A stretch of 64,000 nt of DNA from Octopus sinensis (Eukaryota). The notes under the pieces were generated by a model. That model was given only the letters and a program-made list of their open reading frames with translations, was not told the DNA's origin and did no database searches. This document shows, piece after piece, positions 52,231 through 64,000 of the stretch (position 1 is its first letter; the number at the start of each line of letters is the position of its first letter). A program made the translations under genes and the position numbers. Where the stretch lies: the NCBI RefSeq assembly GCF_006345805.1, contig NC_043006.1:100068001-100132000 (forward strand), read 5' to 3'.

Positions 52231-53784
52231 AGATTATTTAAATTATTTTTATTGTTATAATGGTGACTCAGAGTAAACAAACGTTAATAATAATGTCTTA
52301 CAACTTTTCTGGAATATCCCAGATAACAGACTAATATGTTGACCTACATTTTCATATGCTGGGTATTCAGTCATCCGAGGCAAGATATATATGCAGGGAA
52401 TTTCTAATTGGAAGTGTAGATAGAAAATTTGGTGCAGAGAAAAGCATGAAGACCAAGATTATAGGTCATCCCGTTCCGGGAGGTAAGGGGTTTTATCAAT
52501 ATTTTTTGAAGGTGTACCTCCTTACGTACCTCCCAGGTTAGCCCATAATTCAGAACGCGGACTGGGAAATGCATCCAATTGAAAATATGGCATCCGAAAT
52601 AGCTACAGGCTAATGAAAGTGCTGACCTAATTACGGTGCTGCTGTCATTCATTAACTGCTGCTATGTTCTGTACTGACCAGATTGTTTAGTGTAAAATAT
52701 GAGTATATTGGATTCTAAATTACTAATCGCTATGACCATATAATCGAAGCTGTCTTACGATACCCATCCGCTTTGTAGAATAAATGGGACTGCATAACAT
52801 TTCGTTTCGTAGGTAAGATAATAATGCGTCATTTAATAAATTCTTGACAGTTATTTCTAGCAGATCAACCAACATTGTCTCTACTTCCGGTATATCAGTT
52901 AAAGCCTCTGCATTACCTCCTCCCATGTCCGTAGCTATAGTCTGAGGAGTTCAATTACGCGATGCATCACTAACTTAACCTAACCATACTGTATATTGTT
53001 GAATTAACACGTGACACTCTAACAAAATAAGTTTATTTTTGATTAGGTTCGCACAAATATACAAACCGATAAATAAAAAGAAATCTTTCTTTCCTCGTTT
53101 CTCACATACAATTCAGATATGACTGCTGACAATAAAGAGAATCGTATTCAGCAACGATGTCATAAAATGCTATGGTAATAGTAGGAATTGCATAAACCTA
53201 TAGGACATTTTTAAGGAAATATATCCGAGAAGATTCCAGTTATCAATGAAGAAAAAACATATTTTTGGAAAAGCTTTTAAGCGCGAGAAAGTGTTCGTTG
53301 AGATATTCGTTGAAGTGAAAAAGAGATTTATAATACAAAGAAAAACTGATCTGCGTCGAAAAGAGTCAAATATTAAAACTGATAAGAATGGAAGTAAATT
53401 CTAGTTTGAAAGATAGTGTGGAATTCTAACATTTCTAACATATCTAATTGTATTATTGACTTTGCTATAATAAATTAACCGTGATACGTGTATCTCTAAT
53501 CAGTGAGGTCTTAGGTTCTGCTCATTAACTGAGATATAATTGTGTTAAGCACATTCTCCTTTCATGTGAAGAGACGTCAGTTTGGATGGCACAGAGTTTA
53601 TAATCAAAGGTAACTCCTCCACAAACACTTCATAGCTATTTTTCAGATGCAATGTGTTTAATGTATTTCTGAGTGATATTTATGATATTTTGCTGTTGTT
53701 TCGAATATTTAGAATGACCCATACAAGCTCTCCTTCCACTTTTAAAGTAGTTTCTCTTTCTGTTTAACCTAAATTTTACCGTTA

Positions 53785-54115
53785 AGGCGCATGGCTAAGT
53801 AGTTAAACCTTCGGACTTACAGCCATGAAGTTGTGAGTTTGATTCTCGGACAGAGGTAAGTGTTGTGTTCTTGACCAATAACATTTACTTTACGTTGGTC
53901 CACATCACTCAGCTCTAGAAATGAGTTGCGATGTCACTGGTGCCGAGCTGTATCGGCCTTTGCCTTTCCTTGGGATAAAATCGGGTATGTGGAGAGTGGT
54001 GGCTGGTATGCATGGGCGACTGCTGGTCTTCCGTAAACAACCTTGCGCAGATTTGTGCCTCGGAGGAGAACTTTCTAGCTGCAATCCCGTGGTCATTTGT
54101 GAGCGAAGGAAGTCT
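53785..54115 (+). mobile_element. SINE family D, full length
   Basis: ggcgcatggctaagtagtta ... gagttgcgatgtcactggtgccgagctgtatcggcctttgcc. Confidence 0.8.
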
Positions 54116-54914
54116 TTAAATTTCACTATGCTTGAAGAAATGTGTACTATGAGCAATTCAGTCACGACCATCGCATCGTATTTCATCCACGAAATGCATT
54201 GTTCAATCAAGACCTGGTAATTAAGTGTGCGTTTCGACGAGGATTTAACTGTCATTCCAAGTAGTGAAATAAACATCAGAGAAGTTTTTTTCTTTAATTC
54301 ATGTAATCTCCTTAAAAAGAATTATTGCTTATTACCAACAAATAAAATATCGTTATCAGGAACGAATAAGGAATATTTATACACTAGTAAGACTGTAGAT
54401 AATCATTAACTTCCCATTAAGTTTTGTGTGTTGAAACGAATTGTGTTCTCTTGTTTTGTTTGTGTGCGAGTATTCGTGCCAGGGTACGTGAATCTTGGAT
54501 AATAATAACAAATTCAAGAATTTGGGAACTCCACAGTTGGACAACACGTGAAGATATACACCATTTGTATGTAAAATAATATAATAGAATTGAATAATAT
54601 AAAGCGGTTACAAAACAAAAACAAAGAAATGACTTACTGTTTAACCAAGCTGAACAAACATTTGATTAGTTACTTGGACATTTAACAGACTAATTAGAAA
54701 GTAGTGGGATTGAACTAGTGCGTGTGTTAATGATATTGGCATACTGACACCCGTCGACAAAGCAAAATGCTTTTATGTCCTACGATTAGTTTCATGTGAT
54801 GAGAAAATAGCATATAAAAATACATATTGTATTTATTAACTAATATTTATCTCTCACCACTTTTTTGTTGATCTTACCATCATGGAACGGTACCCTATGT
54901 ATATATGTATATAT

Positions 54915-56640
54915 ATATATAAGAAAATAGTAAAGAGTGAAAAAACGACAGAAGGCTTAAATGTTAAAAAATATATATATTTGCGTCAAAATGTCTGGAG
55001 AATATTGGAAAAAATTTTTTTCCCTCCTTAAAATGACATAATTTTATAATTTTTAAAGAAATACCGGTTTCGCAGTTAGCTCTTCAAATTTCTTGTGACT
55101 TAATGTTTATTTTTAATAACGTAATCCTTGTATTTTTGCTACGGAGAGTTCTAAATAAGGGAAAGTAGTGAGTGATTTCTTCCGGTGTAAGGGAGATAAT
55201 CGCTTAAAAAAATTTTTTTCCCTTTAGTGTGAATTTCTCTGTATTATTGAGTTCGGATAGTTGAGTCTGGGTTTGTACTTTTCAATGAAGAATGTTTCCT
55301 TATTTAGTCTAATTTGTGATGATGATCCGAAAGCACATTGGTAAAATGGAAAGATTAAAAATTGTGGTTGAAGTTGCTTTGCGCATTTCTCAATGTGTTC
55401 ACTAAAAGGTATCATTCTATATTCTGGGAATGCAATCTGTTGTCGATGCAGTGTGCATCTACGTCTGAGTGATAGTCCCGTGGACCCCACGTAGTCTTGG
55501 TGGCAGCCCGAGCATTTAATGACATAAATTATGTTTTCAGAGGCACAAGTAAAGTTAGATTTGATCTTGAATTTCTGTCCCTCTTTAAAGAAGAATTCTG
55601 ATCCTTCCAATAGGTTAGGACATGTTGCACAGTTCGATCTACCACATTTTTTTACTTTTGCATCCGTAATTTTAGAAGACAATTTTGCCTTTGTGAGAAT
55701 CTTTTTAAGTGATTTAGGCTGTTTGTAGCTTTTAATGATTTGGTGTATGTTTATAATTTCCTTTAATTTGGGGTTTTTATGAAGTATTGGTAAATTCTGG
55801 GTGATGATGGTGAAAGCTTCTTTGTTTCTGGGGTTGTATGTAGATATGTAAGGTAGTATTTTCGGGGAAGGTGTGTTGTTGTGTTGAACTTTTCTTAAAG
55901 TTTCTATGTTGATTTCTGTTGCACGTCTGATCCCATCCTCTATGAGTTGAGTTGGGTAATATCTGTCAATTAAGGTGTTTTTGAGTTCTTGCAGTCTGAA
56001 GTTCCTGGTATTTTGTTCTGACACTATTGTGCATATCCTTCTTCAAAGGTTGAAGGGGATGCTTGTTTTAGTGTGTCTTGGGTGGCATGAACTAAAAAGA
56101 AGGTATTGTTTGGCGTCTGTGGCTTTGTAGAAAATGTCTGTTTCTATTTTAAGGTTAATTTTTTTTAATTAGTATATCCAAGAACGGGAGTTCCTTTTGG
56201 TTGTATTCCATTGTGAACTGTATATTTGGGTTTATGCTGTTCAATAGGTTTTTAAATTTTAAGAGTTTATCTGTGTTTTCATTCCAGAGAATAAAACAAT
56301 CGTCCAAGAATCGTTTCCAGTTCTCTTTTATGTATTGAGAGAGGGGGTTTCCAAAGATTGATAAGGATTCCTGGTAAATGGTTATTTCCATGTATCCCAT
56401 TGTTAAGTTCGCAATGACTGGTGCTGCCCTTGTACCCATAGCAATTCCGGATTTTTGACGGTAAAATGTATTGTCAAACATGAAGTGGTTATTGTGTAGG
56501 ATGAATTCAACTGATTTAGTAATGAATTCTTTACTGATCCTTTTTGGTATTTCTTCCGGAAATTGGTCTTCTGTCGTTTTTTCACTCTTTACTATTTTCT
56601 TATATATTCACCCACGTGCTTTACCAAACAAACTTTCTTA
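54915..56640 (-). mobile_element. Neptune-like Penelope element, 5'-truncated, with inverted 3' tail at the 5' junction
   Basis: RT and GIY-YIG coding. The 40-bp 54915-54954 is the reverse complement of 56568-56607. (TA)-rich flanks. Confidence 0.85.
55224..56580 (-). pseudogene. Neptune-like PLE RT-GIY-YIG ORF, broken by an A-run frameshift (~56160) and an in-frame TGA (~56045)
   Basis: GIAMGTRAAP, WKRFLDDCF, LPFLDI; Cys linker KCGRSNCATC; IIYVIKCSGC..YVGST..LRRR..HR. Confidence 0.9.
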
Positions 56641-56686
<46 letters not shown>

Positions 56687-58504
56687 GGACACATATATCC
56701 ACATACATATATGCATATGTATACACATATAGACGCATAAGAATTGCCTTTCATTCTTACTAATTTCCATATCTATATTACGCATTCTTTTCATCGCTGC
56801 TACGTCACCAAACACTACATCTTTATGCACTTAATTCTTTAAGAACGCTTTTTTCAACTGAATATTGTGTTTGGTTGTAGAGAGCTGTTCAATATACTAA
56901 GTGTATAAATTAGTTACATAATGTTGATTATCACTGTTACCAAATGGTCACTACAAGAAAACTATTTCTAATATATTTTTTGCTGTTCATGAGTCTCATG
57001 TCATCACTGAATGAGCTTATATATGTTTAAAGTTAATTTAGAATTAATCGTTGTGATCTTTGTACATCAAAACCTATATATTGAGCAATTTGTCCTAAGT
57101 TATTTTAAGAGAACAGGGTATGAATTTGAGTTATATTTAGGCTGTTCGTTGTAGCTGGTTCAGTGGTCGTGTTCATGATATAATGCCAAAGTTTCCTACA
57201 TGCAGATGCAATTCTGTGAAATAAATATCGACAATTTTTATGAAATTTAAATGTAATAATTTTCAGAATCAGCCAACCTAGTGTAACATGCTGAGAAGAA
57301 CAAATAAACAATATAAATGAAAGCAAACCAAGAAAAACTATTTACGAAAAAATTAATTTAAAATATTAAAAATACATAATTAACCGCCGGATCTTGAACA
57401 GAGCTCACGGGTTAGGGCATAACAATCATAAACTTAGTCATATCATATACAATTGCTATCGCCATTTTAATGTAATATAATATTATAGAATATAATAATA
57501 TAAAGTAGTTACAACAAATAAGCTGATAATTATATGTGAAATATAATACTGACAAGAACAATACATGCATATGCAATGAACTCCTATTATGCAAATTATT
57601 GTAATTCTAATGGTCGCTGATAATTACTAGCTTCGGGTGAGAATATGTAACACAGTTCGTGGAGGAAGCCATATTTCGATTGTACTAAAATATAATGTCT
57701 CTAAATATCTGTCTATACTTTCACAACTGTGTTCCTCTGTCAATTCCTGACTCATTTTACTCTAATTTAATCTATCGAGTTAATGGCGTATTCGTTTTTA
57801 CTTCACCGCCACCACCTGAAAGGCACAAAACGAATGAAAAACAAACAGAAATGCAGAGTTGCAACAAAAGCAAAATACAATCACATTCCACCTCCTAGCA
57901 TTGATCAACGATGAATATCATTCATTGCACTTCTTTCAATGTAATTAGACCTTGTAGGGTTAAAACTGTTCGTTCATGCAACATTATCATGACGAAGAAC
58001 TGTAAGAGATGTGCCATTCTTATCATATCGACTTCAGTCTATCTTTCTTAGTAACGACGCTTCATCGATCAAAGCTCGGGTGTTTTATTTGTCTGCACCA
58101 AGATCTTAAAAGTATAATATTTTCTGCTTCCATCTCAAGACATGCATTCACTGTAGTTAGTGACTTTACAGTACAGAAACCTTGAAATCAGATTAAAATA
58201 CACTGAAAGTAAATGGTACAGATGGATCAATGACAATTATCTGGTGACAAAATTTCAACAGGTAGCAGATGGGAAAAGAGAAGATAAAGAAGAAGTTTGC
58301 GAATCATGTGATATTTGCTACAACAGCTGTATAATTATTGTTTCGAATGAAACTATTTGTAATAATGCATGATCAGCTTGCGCAATCGCGCAGTTAGATT
58401 ATAATTACAGAGATTGTGGTTTTAGGGAAGAAAAACGAATACGTAGAGGTAAAGTTTTCTTCTCGAGTCAGTATGACTCATAAAGTTCGGTTTCCCGGTG
58501 TATA

Positions 58505-58692
58505 TATATTACTCGTCTGGACGGGACATCGGTCTGCCACATGATTACTCACTTTTGGCAAGTGAATGGATTCGAATGACGTGAAATGAAGTGTTTTGCC
58601 TAAAAACACAACGTTCCACTCGATCCAAGAATCGTGGCCATAATCTTACAATCATGAGTCCAATGTCCTAACCACTAGGCCAAGTGCCTCCA
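58505..58692 (-). mobile_element. SINE family D-related, diverged
   Basis: gtgaaatgaagtgttttgcctaaaaacacaac ... ctaaccactaggccaagtgcctcc. Confidence 0.6.
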
Positions 58693-58989
58693 CCAGAAGA
58701 AAAACGAATTGTTTACCATTAAGTGCATATTTGAAAATTAACCGATGACCTATTTGTATGCAGATGTGGAGGGAAAGTTTACGAGTGTAAATAAGCAATA
58801 TAGTCTTGGTATATATGCTGTCATAAATATGTGTATATATATATATATATACGTATGCATGTATGTATGTATGTATGTATGTATGTATGTATGTATGTAT
58901 GTATGTATGTACATACATACATGCATACGTACATACAAGGGCGGAGAAACTCTTGAGAGTCAACGGCCATCCAATAAATGTCTTAAGGC

Positions 58990-59330
58990 TGTATCATGCA
59001 CGGGGACATAGAAATAATCGGACTGAATACCCGATCGCGCGGTTAAACCATTGGGAGTGAAGGACTCCTAGCCTTTGCTAGGCCATTCTTCTAGGAGAAG
59101 GTAACTCAGGTAACTGGGTTAACTCCGACATAAAACCTGCGGCTCAGTGGTTACCGATGATGTTGACTTGGTCTTCTTTTCGGATTATAGCTGCTGTTGC
59201 TTAGTGAGTGGGATTGACTCAGTGCAGAGCCTTTACCCACTTTAAATAAAAATCTTCTTGCACACGCATTGAACGATAACAACATTGATTAAGCTTCGTG
59301 CAATGGCCATACTCGATAACGAGGAGGCAA
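58990..59330 (+). mobile_element. Possible RTE-type LINE 5' UTR fragment
   Basis: aggccattcttctaggagaaggtaactc and agtgagtgggattgactcagtgcagagcctttacccactttaaa resemble RTE 5' UTRs as recalled, not computed. Confidence 0.35.
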
Positions 59331-59366
59331 CCACTATGCATATATGTATGTATGGGTGTTTGTGTA

Positions 59367-59523
59367 TATACTCGACGAACCTCTTTCAGATTCCGTCCAC
59401 CCAAATGCACTCCCAAGGCTTTGGTCCACCTGAAGCTATAGTACAAGAAACCCAAGTTACCACGCAGTGGGACTGAATCCGGAACCATGTGGTTGGGAAG
59501 CAAGCTTCTTACCACACAGTCGC

Positions 59524-59524
<1 letters not shown>
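59367..59524 (-). mobile_element. SINE family A, diverged 5' part
   Basis: ccacgcagtgggactgaatccggaaccatgtggttgggaagcaagcttcttaccacacag. Confidence 0.75.
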
Positions 59525-59564
<40 letters not shown>

Positions 59565-59647
59565 GAGGGTGGGTCATATTGCCAATATAATTAACGCACA
59601 TACTGATACATGTATATATGAACATCATTACAAACGCATATGTATAT

Positions 59648-59720
<73 letters not shown>

Positions 59721-60330
59721 CATACATACATACATACATACATAAATTCATGCATGCATGCATGCATCCATCCATCCATCCAAACATACATACATACATA
59801 CACAAACACATGCCCGTGAATATAGTCTCACTTATTAAAATTTGATAAGTCTAACGGACGAAAGCATTGAGTAACCGAGGAAGCTTTATGTTTATCCATT
59901 TATATTTGTATTTATATGTATATGTGTACTTATTCGTGCGCGCCTGTTTGACGTGTGTTTGTATTTGTGTTTCCATGGTAATGTTTATTCTGACGCCGCT
60001 TAAAACTCGCTCATCTTACTTTATGTTCCGTAAAGAAGCGGTTCAGCAAATGTAATTCGATATCGGATGTCCAATACTGAAAAATGAGTCTTGCGATCGA
60101 TCTCCTCTGCTAAGATTCTTCAAATCCACACTGAAACTTCAGAATGTTCCACTGACTGGAAATCAGCGTCCCTCTTCCCCATACTCCCTCTCCATCACAG
60201 TCTGTCTGCGTGTCTCTCTCTTTCTCTCTTAGTCACTCTCACTCCCTCTTATACAAGTACTGTTTGTCTCTACGTCTTTACGTCTCTCTTTCCCACTTTC
60301 TCTTTATGCATTTATGTGTGAATGTTCTTG

Positions 60331-60380
<50 letters not shown>

Positions 60381-62737
60381 TTGTCTGTGTGTGTGTGTGT
60401 GTTCGTGTATGTGAGTATGTACATAATTTATAATATATATAGAGAGAGAGACAGAGAGATCATATCATATCATATATATGTATGTAAATACAAATGCTAT
60501 ATGCTTAAGTATAGACGTACGTATATAAAGAAATGGAGAGAATGTAATTGTTTCTATAGTTTGATTACGCAAGATGATAAATACCGAGGAGGCGCACAAT
60601 GGGATTGTGCAACAAGCCAATGACCTGGCGCAATAGTCAAGTTCGAGTTTAGGAAATCTGTGCCTGTTATATAAAGCTTTAATACACCAGTTGAATTTCT
60701 GTCTTCATTTCAACACGTAATGTGGTTAAAAACCCGCTCGCTAACCTGTCTAGAGACCCGATACTTATTATCAAATCGCGCAGAGTATTGAGTGTTGAAG
60801 TGGTGTGTGGAAGTACTCGAGAACCACAAAGCTTTCGGTAAAGTGTCGGCCTTCCAGCACACTTGAAAACTGCATGAATGTGTGTATATTTATGCGTGCA
60901 TGTTTGTGTGTGTGTATGTTGGATGTATTTAGCTATCTGTGTAGTTATATTAGAGACATTATATTATTCTGCTCCACAGTATGGAAATAAGAACAGTTAA
61001 ACATTGCAAAACAATTGCTCTGATATTGGTTCAGGCAAGAGAATATTAAAATTAAATAATTATTCCGTTATAAAAGTCGGCTGCCCTCTTAAGATCATTA
61101 GAGTAAATGAAGAGTGGATAAAAATATATGTATACATCATTAATTAGTTGTTTACATATATTGACTCTCTGCCATTTCAGTTGCCGATATAGTGATATTT
61201 TTTTGCTTCTCTTTACAGTTAATATTAACATGCGCATGCTGCTATGACTATCATCAATAAATAATCATTTCAAAGTAGAATCATTCCATAATTTTATTCG
61301 TAGTACATATGTTATTGTTTATGAACGAATTACATAGACGAGAGTTATATTATCGCTGTTTTGTGTCTGGTCCGTTGCGTGTGATACAACACTCTAGATT
61401 ATCATCTCCTGATGGCTCATTGAGAAAGTTCGGATAGCGGGACTGTTACACGTTATGTTCATAATACACCGGAACAAACGGCCAGGCTTACACACATACA
61501 CAAATACACGCACACACACGCACACACACGCACACACACACGCTCATATATATATTAAGACGACTTAAGAGAATTCTAAGCACTGCTATTAGAAGTTGAC
61601 CAGCAATGTTTCCTTTCCGAATGTTTATCTTTACATCGTTTATCGTATAACTAACATGAAATTGAAATTACAGTACATTACAACACCTATACTTTAATTC
61701 CATTACAATTACTATATTGCAACTTTGCCATTACTGTATGATATTCCATTTATGACATCACTATGTCATTACAACTATTTGCCTCCAAACATGTGTTGCG
61801 ACCACGATAACACAATCTGTATTTTTGCGACTATGCTATACAATGATTGTATAAAATACAAGCTCAGAAAATAAATGTTTGTTTCTTTCTCATTTACTCG
61901 CTAGTCCCGTGATATATTGTCTACACTTTTCTTTTTCCTTTTTTTTTTCATAATCAATTTATTTCATCATTCACTCTCTTCAGTTTTGGAAGCTGACAAT
62001 GTATCTGTTGTTTTAGTTAGATTGGTCGTTAACAGACTTTGATTATGTTCGCTGTACGTGACTCCAACTAGGATGGTACATATTCCATTACTTCTATATA
62101 AATTGTATCACTGCTAATAATATGTGTGGAAGCTATATTTGTAAACGACTCATGGATGTTTCATAGAATTTCTTTTAAATTTCTTTTATAATCACATTAA
62201 CCTCAAGCGTACAGCTTGCACCCAGATCAGAACAGTCTCTATTTTGTAGGCTTTGAAAGTATCAGAAATCATATTTTTATTTGGTAATTTATTTTAAAGC
62301 TTCATACTAACACAGTGAAAAGCAATTGGGTTGTTTTATTTTATGACGTTGTTAAGCTCATAATCATAAGATCTCGATTTCCATTACTGTACAGTCCCAT
62401 CGTACAGTCCCATCGTTTCACATTTTCCAGCCTACACAACAGAAAAGGAGTACCGCCTAGCGTTGATGAAGCCGCCTCTCCGTTCATGTCTAAGTCTGCT
62501 CGAGGCAGACATAGTAAATCATAAAATATTCAATGCGTACGTGATACAAAATACCTGGTCCATACCCACTTGCGAAAGACGGGTAACTTTTGGCAACCTA
62601 AATTCTTACAGCGAATAGTAGCTCCTGAAATCTGATAATATAATAATACATTCTTTCAGGCCATGTTCATATTCTCTTTGACATACACATTCTCACATTG
62701 ACATAATCACATTCTCTTCCAATCCAGAGTGACCTAT

Positions 62738-62966
62738 ACTCTTACTCTTTTTACTCTTTTACTTGTTTCAGTCTTTTGACTGCGGCCATGCTGGAGCACC
62801 GCCTTTAGTCGAGCAAATCGACCCCGGGACTTATTCTTTGTAAGCCCAGTACTTATTCAATCGGTCTATTTTGCCGAACCGCTAAGTGACGGGGAGGTAA
62901 ACACATCAGCATCGGTTGTCAAGCAATGCTAGGGGGACAAAAACAGACACACAAACACACACAGGC

Positions 62967-63019
<53 letters not shown>

Positions 63020-63162
63020 TACGACAGGCTTCTTTCAGTTTCTGTCTACCAAATCCACTCACAAGGCATTGATCGGCCCGGAGCTGTAGCAGAAGACACT
63101 TGCCCATGATGCCACGCAGTGGGACTGAACCCGGAACCATGTGGTTGGTTAGCAAAGCTAAT
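62738..63162 (-). mobile_element. SINE family A body, interrupted by the second ORF1 element
   Basis: Tail, body and B box are present. The sequence breaks at the same site as at 16016. Confidence 0.9.
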
Positions 63163-64000
63163 TTATTTCAACAATTTTGCCACTAGGGCAGTACACAGAG
63201 TAGCTACGGGCTGGACAAAGACATTAAAGGATGATGGTGGTGGTGGATGAAGATGGTGATGGGAGAAGTCAAAAAGCGCCCGCCGACTTCCGCTTCTCTA
63301 AGACATTGTTCTTTTTTTCAATAAGTTCAATTTTCTTTTTTCCTTAGTTTCAATAAATCGACATGAGGTTGCAAACCTCTTACACGAAGGAGGCACTAAA
63401 ACCTCTTACAAAGTTCTTTTTTTTTCATTTCTTTTGCCACAAGGGCAGTATATGCATTCACAAAAATTCTCCCTGTCAGGTCCCCGAAGCAAATTGTCTT
63501 GCCGCCTGCAGACAACTCTGCGGCGACAAGTCGAGGCCTGCAAAGAGAAAAGTAAAATGTTTCCTCTCAAAGGTCTTTGTGACCCTTGACAAAATGTTTT
63601 CCGTTACTACCTCCGCAGCTACCCGCGGAGGCCATAACGGACTCCTTGAGCTGACCGTGTCCTTGCGTTCTCGGTCACCCAAGCCATTCAAAAACTTTTC
63701 CAGCTTCCCTCCCTTGTGGTAAAGGAGGAGAAACAACTCCTCTTCACAGGAAGGGACCTCACACTGATCCGTCAGTGGCACACTTTCCACTGACTGAGCA
63801 CTGTCCGCGGGTGGCACACGTCCCACCCGCGGCTCCGTCGGCGACACAGAAACGTCAGCCGTCCGACCTCTTTTTCTTTTTTTTTTCCTCTTTTTTTTAG
63901 AGGCTGCTAGCCCGGCGGGCTCCTTCGGCAGACACGGGGGGTCGCTATCCTCCTCCTCCGTCTGTACGTTCTTTGGTGAGCAACCATTGTTGCTCACCTG
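63163..64000 (-). mobile_element. Second ORF1-type element inserted at the same SINE position (5' part outside window)
   Basis: 3' UTR blocks shared with 16017-16180 (ttatttcaa..tgcc-n5-ggcagtacacaga; gggagaag..agcgcccgccgactt..gcttctctaa.acattgttcttttt). Junction follows SINE tggttagcaaagctaat (63146-63162). Confidence 0.8.
63476..64000 (-). CDS. C-terminal half of a diverged paralogue of the ORF1 protein at 16247-17494 (open at window edge)
   Basis: Shared motifs VSNNGCSPK, poly-K tract, (Y)xGGx(I/L)EK and WPP(Q/R)VA(V/A)E(A/V)V. Confidence 0.8.
   Translation of the reverse strand, partial: QVSNNGCSPKNVQTEEEDSDPPCLPKEPAGLAASKKKRKKKRKRGRTADVSVSPTEPRVGRVPPADSAQSVESVPLTDQCEVPSCEEELFLLLYHKGGKLEKFLNGLGDRERKDTVSSRSPLWPPRVAAEVVTENILSRVTKTFERKHFTFLFAGLDLSPQSCLQAARQFASGT

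Noticed and set aside
52340-52930. Short ORFs and splice-like sites as host exons or a gypsy gag remnant
   Set aside because: No recognisable motif and no consistent reading frame.
56043-56047. In-frame TGA in the Neptune-like ORF as selenocysteine, as reported for some Naiad PLEs
   Set aside because: It is not at a recognisable conserved Cys, no SECIS was identified, and the copy also has a frameshift. An ordinary nonsense mutation is simpler. The Naiad-like ORF has no in-frame TGA.

Overview
AT-rich, microsatellite-dense metazoan DNA. The tRNA-derived SINE families and the (TA)n/(CA)n density suggest an Octopus genome (inference). No host protein-coding gene can be supported, so the window looks intergenic or intronic and is built from transposons. 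It holds about 25 SINE copies of four families, three non-autonomous Helitrons, mariner relics and MITEs, a Chapaev3-like relic, RTE and R4/Dong LINE relics, and several Penelope-like elements (PLEs) with type I hammerhead ribozyme motifs, mostly next to (TA)n. The main discovery is a 2.1-kb element that encodes only a gag-like ORF1 protein (CCHC knuckle, no reverse transcriptase). It is inserted with a 15-16 bp target-site duplication into the tRNA-derived head of a SINE (16017-18154). A second, strongly diverged relative sits at the same position of another copy of that SINE (63163 to the window end). The two share conserved RNA hairpins. This suggests a site-specific, ORF1-only ('half-LINE') retroelement family that parasitises a SINE promoter.
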